Positions 12,108 to 21,494 of a stretch of DNA of 64,000 bases are shown in pieces (the stretch's first letter is position 1; each line of letters begins with the position of its first letter). The position numbers and the translations under genes are program-made. Below the pieces are notes generated by a model. It made no database searches, was not told where the DNA came from, and saw only the letters and a list, made by a program, of their open reading frames with translations. Source of the stretch: an uncultured Pseudomonadales bacterium (GTDB lineage Bacteria > Pseudomonadota > Gammaproteobacteria > Pseudomonadales > UBA7434); assembly GCA_943787705.1 (NCBI GenBank), contig CALSNL010000001.1, positions 396,765 through 460,764 on the forward strand, in the 5' to 3' direction.

Positions 12108-12160
12108 GTATTAATAGTAGGTGTTAATAGTAGGTATTTAATAGTAGCCATTTAATAGCA
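12104..12160. repeat. 13-14 bp tandem repeat x4 (gtaggtattaata) overlapping the stop codon of the preceding gene
   Basis: gtaggtattaata gtaggtgttaata gtaggtatttaata gtagccatttaata. Confidence 0.85.
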
Positions 12161-12186
12161 GCCCTTTGGTTTAGGAGCATGATTCC

Positions 12187-13707
12187 ATGTCCGTGGTACA
12201 GCAAGAAGATCTAATTAGCAGTGTGGCCGATGCGCTGCAATATATTTCTTATTATCATCCGCTGGATTTTATTCAAGCGGTGAACGATGCTTATGAGCGC
12301 GAAGAATCGAAAGCCGCTAAAGATGCGATGGCTCAAATTCTAATTAACTCGCGTATGTGTGCCACCGGTCATCGACCGATTTGTCAGGATACTGGCATCG
12401 TGACGGTCTTTGTTCGTGTAGGAATGGACGTGCAGTGGGGCAATGCCACCATGAACGTTACCGATATGATTAACGAAGGTGTACGTCGGGCTTATCTTTT
12501 GCCTGATAATATTCTTCGTGCATCTATATTGGCGGACCCAGATGGCAAGCGAGAGAATACTAAAGATAATACGCCTGCTGTTATTCACTACGATATTGTC
12601 CAAGGCGATACCGTCGATATTCAAGTCGCTGCTAAAGGCGGTGGTTCAGAAGCTAAGTCTAAATTCGCTATGCTTAACCCTTCAGATTCAGTGGTTGATT
12701 GGGTGCTAGAACAGTTGCCTAAAATGGGCGCTGGTTGGTGCCCGCCCGGTATGCTTGGCATTGGTATTGGCGGCACGGCAGAAAAAGCCATGATTATGGC
12801 AAAAGAATCATTAATGGGTTCAATTGATATTAAGACACTGCAAGCTCGCGGTGCATCTAACAGAGCAGAAGAGCTGCGTTTAGAGCTATTCGAAAAAGTG
12901 AATCAGCTCGGCATTGGCGCTCAAGGCCTAGGCGGCTTAACAACAGTGTTAGACGTTAAGGTTATGGATTGCCCCACACATGCGGCAAATAAGCCGGTAG
13001 CGATGATTCCGAACTGTGCAGCAACACGCCATGCCCATATTACGCTTGATGGCTCTGGCCCTGTAGCTCTCACGCCACCGTCTATTGATCAGTGGCCCGA
13101 TATTACTTGGGAAGTTGGCGATTCGGTTCGTCGTGTTGATTTGAATACCGTTACTCCAGCGGATGTGTTGACTTGGCAGCCGGGTGAAACCTTATTGCTT
13201 AGTGGCAAGATGCTAACGGGTAGGGATGCGGCCCATAAAAAGCTGGTTGATATGTTAAACCGTGGTGAAGAGCTGCCCGTCGACCTTAAAGGACGCTTTA
13301 TTTATTATGTGGGCCCAGTAGATCCTATTGGTGATGAGGTGGTAGGCCCTGCAGGCCCTACTACAGCAACGCGAATGGATAAGTTTACTCGTCAGGTGCT
13401 TGACCAAACTGGACTGCTAGGGATGATAGGTAAGGCTGAGCGCGGACCAACTGCAATAGAGGCGATTAAGGATCATAAGTCGGTGTACTTAATGGCTGTA
13501 GGTGGTGCGGCTTATCTCGTTGCTCAAGCCATTAAAGCTGCGAAGGTCGTCGGCTTTGCTGAATTGGGTATGGAAGCCATTTATGAATTTGACCTTAAAG
13601 ATATGCCAGTAACTGTGGCTGTCGATAGTCAGGGTGAATCGGTGCATGTAACCGGTCCTGCTATTTGGAAGCAAAAAATTGCTGAACAAATTGTTAAGAT
13701 TGAATAG
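12187..13707 (+). CDS. fumA: class I (Fe-S dependent) fumarate hydratase, single-chain ~506 aa type
   Basis: The N-terminal catalytic region contains CQDTGIV. The C-terminal region (GRFIYYVGPVDP, GPTTATRMD, GKAERG) is typical of class I fumarase / tartrate dehydratase beta-type domains. Confidence 0.9.
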   Translation: MSVVQQEDLISSVADALQYISYYHPLDFIQAVNDAYEREESKAAKDAMAQILINSRMCATGHRPICQDTGIVTVFVRVGMDVQWGNATMNVTDMINEGVRRAYLLPDNILRASILADPDGKRENTKDNTPAVIHYDIVQGDTVDIQVAAKGGGSEAKSKFAMLNPSDSVVDWVLEQLPKMGAGWCPPGMLGIGIGGTAEKAMIMAKESLMGSIDIKTLQARGASNRAEELRLELFEKVNQLGIGAQGLGGLTTVLDVKVMDCPTHAANKPVAMIPNCAATRHAHITLDGSGPVALTPPSIDQWPDITWEVGDSVRRVDLNTVTPADVLTWQPGETLLLSGKMLTGRDAAHKKLVDMLNRGEELPVDLKGRFIYYVGPVDPIGDEVVGPAGPTTATRMDKFTRQVLDQTGLLGMIGKAERGPTAIEAIKDHKSVYLMAVGGAAYLVAQAIKAAKVVGFAELGMEAIYEFDLKDMPVTVAVDSQGESVHVTGPAIWKQKIAEQIVKIE

Positions 13708-13729
13708 TTTGTGCCTGAGTTAGCTGTTT

Positions 13730-13760
13730 AAAAAACACGCCCTTGCGTGTTTTTTTTTGC
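13730..13760 (+). terminator. rho-independent terminator after fumarase
   Basis: aacacgc cctt gcgtgtt followed by T9. Confidence 0.8.
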
Positions 13761-13937
13761 CTAAAAATAAAAACGGCTAAAGAGTTCAGGCTTATAGCCA
13801 AAATGGATATGGCTATAAAAAATTTGCCAGGTGACGGTTCTCAGGCAGAACTCGATAAGATCACAATCCTTGCTATACTTAAATTTGACCACTGGCATAG
13901 ACGCTAATTTCAGTCGTTAGCTAGAAATAGGACAATA

Positions 13938-14492
13938 ATGAAAGCAAGCCATCTACCCAATAATACCTGTACTGATCAAGTCATTGAACTGGCCAGTCGC
14001 GCTGATTATATCGATGCAATGTCGCGCGTCGCTAATAGTGTTAATGTCGTAACCACCAATGGTGTAGGTGGCCAGATAGGTGTGACTGTAAGTGCAGCAA
14101 CATCGGTGTCGGCCGAGCCACCGACCTTATTGGTTTGTATACATGAATTAAGCAAAGCGATTCCAGCCATTCAAAAAAATGGCGGTTTTTGTCTGAACGT
14201 ACTGGATTCAACTCAGCAAAAATTCGCAGAAATTTTTGCGGGTATGAGCTCAGATATTCCCGATGATTTATTTAGCTCTGAGCATTGGGGGACATTGAAA
14301 TCGACTTGCCCAGCGCTTAAAGACGGGCTGGCTGTGTTTGACTGCAAAGTGAATGCAGTACATAAAGAAGGCACACATTTTATTTTTATTGGCCAAGTGC
14401 TTGCTGCTAAAAAAGGTAAGGGAGCACCTTTGGTCTATTCGCAACGTGCTTATGCCAAACCTGATTGGGGCAACGCTAAGCCTTCTGAGTAG
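13938..14492 (+). CDS. flavin reductase domain protein (HpaC/RutF-like NAD(P)H-flavin oxidoreductase)
   Basis: 184 aa. Segments MSRVANSVNVVTT...GVTVSAATSVSAEPPTLLVCI and FDCKV...GTHFIFIGQV fit the flavin_reduct fold pattern. Confidence 0.8.
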   Translation: MKASHLPNNTCTDQVIELASRADYIDAMSRVANSVNVVTTNGVGGQIGVTVSAATSVSAEPPTLLVCIHELSKAIPAIQKNGGFCLNVLDSTQQKFAEIFAGMSSDIPDDLFSSEHWGTLKSTCPALKDGLAVFDCKVNAVHKEGTHFIFIGQVLAAKKGKGAPLVYSQRAYAKPDWGNAKPSE

Positions 14493-14552
14493 TCTCAAGA
14501 GCCCATTACATTAATATAAAAATTATCTATTTTAATAAAAGAGTTATGTATC

Positions 14553-15458
14553 TTGAATAATGCTGCTATCACAAACCCATTAACGCCAGTGTTCTCTTGG
14601 CAGCAAATAGTACTGCTTACTGCTGCGGTATTATCTATCCCCTTTTTTATTCTATCTCTATTTGTCGAAAACCCTATACAGCTTATCTCTGAATATGGAC
14701 AGTTTTTCTTCTTAGGTTTGGCGGGCGCTATTGTGGCTAACTCTACGGGCGCAGGCGGGGGTATTGTCTTTATTCCAGCATTTACATCAATGGGTGTTGT
14801 TGGCGTGTCAGCCTTAGGTACTAGCCTTGCCATCCAATGTTTTGGCATGACAGCGGGGAGCTTATCTTGGTTGCACTCTATGTACAGCCAACGATTAGAC
14901 GGCAAAGGGACGCTCCAACTTATTTATCAACTGCTTGTACTGGCTGGCATAAGCTCAGTGTTAGGTATGCTAAGTGCGCAGTATTTTTTCTCGCCGCCGG
15001 CTTGGCCTATAGAGGAAATTTTTAAGTATTTTTCTATTGTTTTTGGCATTGTCTTATTGTTTGCCGTATTAAGACGAAATAAAAACAAACAATCGCATAG
15101 CCGTTTACGCCGTCGAGATATCCCTATCATTACGGTCGTTTGCTTTTTAGGTGGTGTGATTACTAGCTGGATATCGATAGGCGTAGGCGAGTGGCTAGCT
15201 ATTCTATTATTCTTTTTGGGCTATCCAACAATGGCGGTTGTCTGTGTTGCCGTTTGTATTTCTTCTATCGTTGTACTGGCGGGCATCCCTTACCATATCT
15301 GGGTGGTCGATAGCATTTCATGGCAGATACTGTTATTTGCTGCTCCCGCTGCAATAGTGGGTGGCAGTGTTGCTCGCTTGCTTTCTGAGCGGCTAGGGCC
15401 TGTTAGATTGAAAATATTCTTTTCTATTTGGGTTCTTGTTACTGGTTTGCTTATGTAA
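14553..15458 (+). CDS. TauE/SafE (TSUP) family anion-export permease
   Basis: About 8 TM segments with duplicated Gly-rich segments (GAGGGIVFIPA, later GVGEWL) typical of TSUP proteins. TTG start. Confidence 0.7.
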   Translation: MNNAAITNPLTPVFSWQQIVLLTAAVLSIPFFILSLFVENPIQLISEYGQFFFLGLAGAIVANSTGAGGGIVFIPAFTSMGVVGVSALGTSLAIQCFGMTAGSLSWLHSMYSQRLDGKGTLQLIYQLLVLAGISSVLGMLSAQYFFSPPAWPIEEIFKYFSIVFGIVLLFAVLRRNKNKQSHSRLRRRDIPIITVVCFLGGVITSWISIGVGEWLAILLFFLGYPTMAVVCVAVCISSIVVLAGIPYHIWVVDSISWQILLFAAPAAIVGGSVARLLSERLGPVRLKIFFSIWVLVTGLLM

Positions 15459-15490
15459 TAACAGCTGGTAAAAGATTTTTGCTAACATTA

Positions 15491-15518
15491 AGAACCGCTT
15501 CAATTAGGCGGTTTTTTT
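15491..15518 (+). terminator. rho-independent terminator
   Basis: aaccgc ttcaattag gcggtt followed by T7. Confidence 0.75.
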
Positions 15519-15543
15519 ATAAATGTTTTTTGATAAGCTATTT

Positions 15544-15625
15544 GAAATAGCTATTCTAAAAAGTCATTCGAAATAGTCATTCGGAATAGTCATTCGAAAT
15601 AGTCATTTGGAATAGTCATTTATTT
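15544..15625. repeat. 13-bp tandem repeat, about 6 copies (gaaatagtcattc)
   Basis: gaaatagtcattc ggaatagtcattc gaaatagtcattt ggaatagtcattt, plus two degenerate leading copies. Confidence 0.9.
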
Positions 15626-15773
15626 GAATAAACAGACAAGCAAGCAAGAGAGAAGAAATAGACTTTAAGCTAAGAACGTATAGCGAGAAAAGGCGCTAAC
15701 GAGTAAGCTAGCTGCAGTAATAAAGAATAAAGGCGATTGCTATCCTTTATTACCGCAATAGTTCTTTCTAGCT

Positions 15774-17294
15774 CTAACCTTTACCCACGCTCGATTTGCA
15801 ATGACGATCAATAAACTCTTCATGAGTCGGCATAGCTTTAGTGGCTCGAACAAAAGATGACTTCACATCGGATAAAAAACCACCAACGGTGTCTTTATTA
15901 TGGCAATCGGCTAGTGGGTCGTATCCATTAGGCGTAATACCTTGCCCATGCAACACCGCTAACCAGCTATCCAATCTAAAGAGATTTTCTTCTTCAACAG
16001 ATATCCGTCCTCGATTCTTAAACAAAGCAATTTTATGCTTGAGGCTATCGGGCACATCCATCGTTCTACAATGCTTCCAAAAATCCTCTGTTCGTTCATT
16101 CAGATGATAGTGCAAAATAAGGAAATCACGAATGAGTTCATAATCCCTTGAATTGATATTGTTGAATTCATCTATTTCCGCTCGATTGAATTCTTTCCCT
16201 GGCATTGAGGTAATTAAGTGGGTAATCGATTTTTGAATAAGATGAATACTGGTTGATTCCAGTGGCTCCATAAATCCTGCAGATAGACCAATAGCAATAC
16301 AGTTTTTATTCCAGAATTTTTTTCTACGACCTGTAGTGAATTTTAATTGTCTTGGCTCACCTAACGCCTTCCCTTCGAGGTTAGCCAGCAATGTGCTTGC
16401 TGCCTCATCATCTGAAGTGTATTTGCTGCAATAAACGTGTCCATTACCCGTTCTATGTTGAAGCGGAATACGCCACTGCCAGCCAGCTTTATGAGCTGTA
16501 CACATAGTGTAGGGGCGGGGAGTGTCAATATTCTCAGACGGCACGGCAAGCGCTTTATCGCATAGCAAATAGTGAGACCAATCTTCATATCCAGTTTTGA
16601 GTGCTTCTTCAATGAGTAAGCCGCGAAAGCCTGAGCAATCGATAAACAAGTCGCCTGCAATAACTTTAGAAGATTCTAGTGTTACAGATTGAATAAAACC
16701 ATCTGGCTCACGCAAGGTCACATCAATAACTTTTCCTTCTACTCGTTTAACCCCTTTTTTCTCCGCATTTTTTCTTAAAAACTTGGCGTATAGTCCGGCA
16801 TCTAAGTGGTAAGCATAACCGGTTGTTGATAATACCGATTTAGGATCCGGACTTGTCGGTGCGAATTTTTTAGTCCTCGCCATTATTTCACACAATGAAT
16901 ATTCACCTAACTTGGCAGCTGTGCCGCGCTTGTTAGCGCGAAGCCAGTATTGGTGGAAAGGGGTAGCATCAAGTTTTCGTCCGTATTGTCCAAACGGGTG
17001 AAAGTAATGCTCGCCTTGCTTCTTCCAGTTATGAAACTCTATGCCAAGTTTAAATGTTGCCCCCGTTTCTTTTATAAACTCATCTTCTTTTATGCCGATT
17101 TCTCTATTAAACAGTTGCATCGGTGGAATAGTCGCTTCACCTACGCCTATGGTTCCAATTTGGTCAGATTCTATTAGTGTAATGTCGTAGGCATTGGCGG
17201 GGAGTAGTGCGCTCATTGCTGCGGCCGTCATCCACCCGGATGTACCTCCACCAACTATAACTATACGTCTAATTTTATTGTTATTCATGACCAT
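15774..17294 (-). CDS. flavin-dependent halogenase family protein (tryptophan-halogenase-like)
   Basis: FAD motif IVIVGGGTSGW, GVGEATIP, and the halogenase signature WxWxIP as GWQWRIPL. 506 aa. Confidence 0.88.
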   Translation of the reverse strand: MVMNNNKIRRIVIVGGGTSGWMTAAAMSALLPANAYDITLIESDQIGTIGVGEATIPPMQLFNREIGIKEDEFIKETGATFKLGIEFHNWKKQGEHYFHPFGQYGRKLDATPFHQYWLRANKRGTAAKLGEYSLCEIMARTKKFAPTSPDPKSVLSTTGYAYHLDAGLYAKFLRKNAEKKGVKRVEGKVIDVTLREPDGFIQSVTLESSKVIAGDLFIDCSGFRGLLIEEALKTGYEDWSHYLLCDKALAVPSENIDTPRPYTMCTAHKAGWQWRIPLQHRTGNGHVYCSKYTSDDEAASTLLANLEGKALGEPRQLKFTTGRRKKFWNKNCIAIGLSAGFMEPLESTSIHLIQKSITHLITSMPGKEFNRAEIDEFNNINSRDYELIRDFLILHYHLNERTEDFWKHCRTMDVPDSLKHKIALFKNRGRISVEEENLFRLDSWLAVLHGQGITPNGYDPLADCHNKDTVGGFLSDVKSSFVRATKAMPTHEEFIDRHCKSSVGKG

Positions 17295-17522
17295 GGTCCT
17301 TAGAGACTTTATGTATTGATGATTGAGAGTTACATCTTATGGAATATGACAAAAACTCATCTATAAAGAGTAAAAAACTGAATACTCATATGCGTTAAGT
17401 AATGATTAGTGATTAAGTATTCAATAAGTATAGCATCTGATTTGAGAACGATATTGAATTCTTCATATACTTATTAAATACGATTGGTACCTGCTGTGGA
17501 TCATATTATTTAAGTGTCTATT

Positions 17523-17556
17523 TAGAATCAAATAGAATCAAATAGAATCGAATCGA
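17523..17556. repeat. 10-bp tandem repeat x3 (tagaatcaaa)
   Basis: Direct reading of the sequence. Confidence 0.8.
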
Positions 17557-17611
17557 TTTTAAGAAGGGCAGTGCTTTTCACATACAGTGCTTGAAAACGA
17601 ATTTTAAAGCA

Positions 17612-17646
17612 AAAAAAAGACCGCTCAATGAGCGGCCTTTTTTATG
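17612..17646 (-). terminator. rho-independent terminator of the PEP-CTERM gene
   Basis: The minus strand reads aaaaaaggccgctcattgagcggtctttttttt. Confidence 0.85.
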
Positions 17647-17659
17647 TCGAAAATAAAAC

Positions 17660-18238
17660 TTACTTATTACGACGTACTGCTACTAAGCCAGCTAATGCTG
17701 AACCGAATAACCATGCAGCTGCAGGAACTGGAACTGCAGAAGCTACTTGAATACCAACGTTATCAAACGAAGTTTGAGCGCCTACATTACCAAGTAATAC
17801 AATTTTAAATGCATCTGAACCAGCAGCAATTGTATAGTCGTAAGTGTAAGTTTCCCAGGTTTCTCCGTTACCGTTGAAGTCAATTTCACCAGAGTTGTCG
17901 ATGCCTGCACCAGCAGCCCATGACTCAACTTTAATACCAGTTACACCATCTGTACCAGAAATCATATCAAACTGGAAAGTGTAAGTTTCGCCAGCAGTTA
18001 AGCCCATTGAAGCAAGAGAAGGTGCGTCGTCTTTATAAACGAAACCACCACCCCAACCAGCGCCGTCGATAAGACCGTAACCGCCACCGTCAGAGAAAGT
18101 TGTACCAGCATCGTTATAAACGCCGTAACCGTCAAGACCGTTAGAGAAATCACCATTTTCAACTAATTGAAGAGCAGCGAAAGAAGTAGCTGACATTGAA
18201 AGAGCTAAAGTTGCTGTTGCTAGATTTTTGATTTTCAT
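17660..18238 (-). CDS. secreted PEP-CTERM-anchored protein with beta-sandwich (CBM-like) domain
   Basis: Signal peptide MKIKNLATATLALSMSATSFA. NGDFSNGLDGYG resembles the opening of a CBM4/9-type domain. The C-terminus VPVPAAAWLFGSALAGLVAVRRNK gives a PEP-CTERM-type motif, a TM segment and a basic tail. Confidence 0.8.
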   Translation of the reverse strand: MKIKNLATATLALSMSATSFAALQLVENGDFSNGLDGYGVYNDAGTTFSDGGGYGLIDGAGWGGGFVYKDDAPSLASMGLTAGETYTFQFDMISGTDGVTGIKVESWAAGAGIDNSGEIDFNGNGETWETYTYDYTIAAGSDAFKIVLLGNVGAQTSFDNVGIQVASAVPVPAAAWLFGSALAGLVAVRRNK

Positions 18239-18483
18239 AAAATACTCCAGAGTTATTATTATTTACAGGGGTTTTAAAATAGTAGCAGCTAAATTATAAA
18301 TTGCTGCGTTTTTTCAGTCTAAAAATTAATCATCCATAATGCAAGTCTTTCTTTTCTAAACCAACCGAACTTATCGGGAGAGATGAGCTGGTGGAATTTT
18401 TTTGATGCGCGACCGTCCATGATCGCGCCACTTAATTTTTTATAACTTTAAAAAAATAAGTTCAATAAAGCTAAATTAAAGTG

Positions 18484-19371
18484 TTATGACAAACGTTTTC
18501 TAATTGAGCTCATACCTGACCAAGCTAATAGAGCACCAAAACCTAGGAGCGCAATAGTTGGAATAGGGACGCTAGCGCTAGTAGGCTCAGCATCATCACC
18601 AGTAACGGTTAATACTATATTGTCGTAGTAAACACCGGTATTGGCGTCGTTAGTTGTGAAAGATTCAAAACCGACTTGTAATAATTGCCCCTCTAAAAGA
18701 GGGTCAGTTAGATCAAGCGTTATTGTGTAGCTAGTCCACTCAGATTGCGAAATAGCAGTAGTGTCTACAAGCAAATAGTTTGTAGTATTGTAGTTATTGG
18801 CTGGATCAAGTGTCTTAATAAATGCGTCTGCAGTACATTGAACAGCACCACAACCATTGCCGGCAGCAGCACTAGCATCACCACCAAGGCCATCATCTTC
18901 AAAATCAGGACGCTTAGCATCAAAGGTTAGAGTAACTGTCTTACCAATTTCTGATGCATCAATGGTGTATTCTTGGGCAAGAATCGCATTGGTGATTTGA
19001 CCAGACTCTTGTGCTTCACGGGCATCATAGTTGTTATAAACGTTTAGGTAGTTAGTGCCTGAATTATTTGCAGAGACATCATCATTAGCAATTGCAGAGA
19101 AGCCACCGCCGCCATTGTTTGGAGCTACAAACCAACCGTAGAAATAAAGGTAGTTGCCAGGATATGGGTTTACTGACGTATCACCGTCATAAACGTTACC
19201 AGCTACTTCCCAACCAGCATTAGAAAGGTCGTCAAGACCATTCTCACCGTCTGCAGCAGTTAAAGCCTCAAAGTCTTCAGAAAATTCAGTAATGGCAGCA
19301 TGGCTTGAAGCGCCAACAAGTAAAAGTGCAGTACCTGTTGCAATAGCGAGTTTATGAGTAGATTTAAACAT
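18484..19371 (-). CDS. secreted protein with PEP-CTERM-like C-terminal sorting signal
   Basis: Signal peptide ending SSHA|A. The C-terminus is SVPIPTIALLGFGALLAWSGMSSIRKRLS. Acidic, Asn/Gly/Thr-rich body. Confidence 0.7.
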   Translation of the reverse strand: MFKSTHKLAIATGTALLLVGASSHAAITEFSEDFEALTAADGENGLDDLSNAGWEVAGNVYDGDTSVNPYPGNYLYFYGWFVAPNNGGGGFSAIANDDVSANNSGTNYLNVYNNYDAREAQESGQITNAILAQEYTIDASEIGKTVTLTFDAKRPDFEDDGLGGDASAAAGNGCGAVQCTADAFIKTLDPANNYNTTNYLLVDTTAISQSEWTSYTITLDLTDPLLEGQLLQVGFESFTTNDANTGVYYDNIVLTVTGDDAEPTSASVPIPTIALLGFGALLAWSGMSSIRKRLS

Positions 19372-20291
19372 GTAGTAGCTCCGTAAAAATTTAAATTTAT
19401 TTTTTGATCGTTAGTTTTAATTATTTTTTGCTTATCTTGCTTAGTAAAGGCTGAGCCTTATCTTTATATTATTCTTATATTGCTGAGCATTTTTTAATCT
19501 TTAAATAAAGCTGTATTGATCATACCTTGAGCAAGCATATTGTCTATGACTTTGCGGTAAGTGGGCGTATTTAAGGGTTAAAGTGTTGATGTCTTAAATA
19601 ATCCTTAATAATCAGTAGCTTATGATTGTTTTTTTGTTTGGTATTTATCAAGCTAACCATTTAATTGAGCAAGCTGTTATTTTTAATATCGCAATAGCCT
19701 CTAGCTATAAGTAATTGAGACTGAAGGGTTAAATGACTTTCAATCTTTGTGCTTGCGATCAATCTATAAACAATTATAGTCTTAGTTTAAAAGTTTATCA
19801 GTGCCTTTATCCTATATGCAGGCCATTTCATCGCAAGATCAAGTGTTTTTGTCTGTACTATTGAATAAAAAACCCAAAACGCTACTTATTTACACTTTAG
19901 GCGACTTATATATGTCATGTCGTTAGATATTCAAAATATAGACTATTGAGGTATTAGGGTAATGAGCTTTGCTTATAAGGATGCTCTGCTATCCAAAAAA
20001 CCGGTTAAGTTTTTGATCTTATTCTCGGGAGTAGGCCGGGCTTGCGACTCTATGTGCTTGTTAGAATGATGATGTTAAAAAGAATGATTAAAAAGGGTTG
20101 TTACGAAAATATCCCTCTTTAATATTGGCGCTAGCCTCAATCTAGCCATATTCTCTTTTTATGAGCCTATAATAGAACGCGCTTAATTATCAGCTGCCCG
20201 AATAACTGTAGAAAAACTAACCGCTTATAAAATTCTTCTTTCGCTCACTGGGCCTGAGTACGCGTTAAGTTGGAGTGGGCCGGTTTCTTAA

Positions 20292-21494
20292 ATGCTCTTT
20301 ACCTGCGTGCTTTCTAGTATCATATATATAAATGGTGTAATAATTAAAAGCATGAATAATAAAATAACAGTTGATCACACTGAAGTTCGCCCAATAGTGC
20401 TAAAGCTATGGTTTATGCAGGCGATTTTTTGGACGCTGCTGACTGTTTTTTCTTTTTTTAGTTTAACGCTTTGGTATGCCTCTCCAGATATTTCGCATAT
20501 TGTTTATGATTTGCTGCAATCACTTATTGGCTTGGCTCTTACCATCCCCATGCATTGGATTTACCGTTCAATGCTCAAGCAAACGGGTTCTGTTGTTCTT
20601 CTTGTCTGGTCGCTTGCGGTTGTTTTAGTTTTTTCGTTCATCTGGTCAATATTAAGGATAAGTACATTTATTCTGGTGACAGAAGAAGGACATCAGTTAT
20701 GGGATGATTTTGGCGGCTGGTATTTCAGTGGCTTTTTTGTTTTCTTATGTTGGACAGCAATTTACTATAGCCTTTATTTCTACAGTGTTGCTACTGCAGA
20801 AAAATACCGCCGTATTAAGCAGGTAGAGCGATCGCGAGGTGAGCGTGTTAAACGGCTAAGTGCTGAAAAAAGCGCCGCAGAAGCCAAGATGCAAATGTTG
20901 AGATATCAACTGAATCCACATTTTTTATTCAACACCTTAAATGCAGTTAACGCGCTTATTACCTCAAACGAATCAGCGCAGGCAAGGGAGACGATTGAAA
21001 AATTGAGTATGTTCCTTAGGTTTGCATTAAAAGAGGAAAAAACAGGCTGGGTTTCTCTTGCTAGTGAGATAGAAGCTTTAGAATTGTATTTGGGAATAGA
21101 GTTAATTCGATTTGCTGATCGTTTAACTATTGAGTTTGATATTGATGATGCGGCGCTTAATGTGAAAGTGCCGAGTCTTTTGTTGCAGCCAATGGCCGAA
21201 AATTCAATAAAGCACGCTGTTAATGTTTGCGAAGATACATGCCTTATTCGTGTTTCAGCGAGCGTGACAGATGACTTTCTTACCTTAATGGTGAGCGATA
21301 ATGGACCAGGTATTGCGTCTTTAGAGGACGGTACTTTCACTCAGGAAGATTTTGAATTTAGTGGTTTGGGTATACGCAATATTATTGAAAGAGTAGATAA
21401 TGTCTACGGTGATAAAGCCAGCGTTACTTTAGAGAATAAAAAAACGGTTGGTCTTAGTGTCTTTGTCAGCTTACCTATAAGAAATAATTTATGA
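20292..21494 (+). CDS. LytS/YehU-type sensor histidine kinase (start possibly ATG 20352)
   Basis: The N-terminal half has several hydrophobic TM segments. LRYQLNPHFLFNTLN is the His_kinase PF06580 signature. The HATPase region contains VSDNGPGI and GLGIRNI. Confidence 0.88.
   Translation: MLFTCVLSSIIYINGVIIKSMNNKITVDHTEVRPIVLKLWFMQAIFWTLLTVFSFFSLTLWYASPDISHIVYDLLQSLIGLALTIPMHWIYRSMLKQTGSVVLLVWSLAVVLVFSFIWSILRISTFILVTEEGHQLWDDFGGWYFSGFFVFLCWTAIYYSLYFYSVATAEKYRRIKQVERSRGERVKRLSAEKSAAEAKMQMLRYQLNPHFLFNTLNAVNALITSNESAQARETIEKLSMFLRFALKEEKTGWVSLASEIEALELYLGIELIRFADRLTIEFDIDDAALNVKVPSLLLQPMAENSIKHAVNVCEDTCLIRVSASVTDDFLTLMVSDNGPGIASLEDGTFTQEDFEFSGLGIRNIIERVDNVYGDKASVTLENKKTVGLSVFVSLPIRNNL

Noticed and set aside
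14495-14905. 136-aa ORF antisense to the TauE-family gene
   Set aside because: It overlaps a well-formed membrane-protein gene on the opposite strand. It is a shadow ORF.
15544-15625. Tandem repeat arrays considered as possible CRISPR arrays
   Set aside because: The periods are 10-18 bp with no unique spacers between the units. No cas genes or leader are present, so they are not CRISPR.
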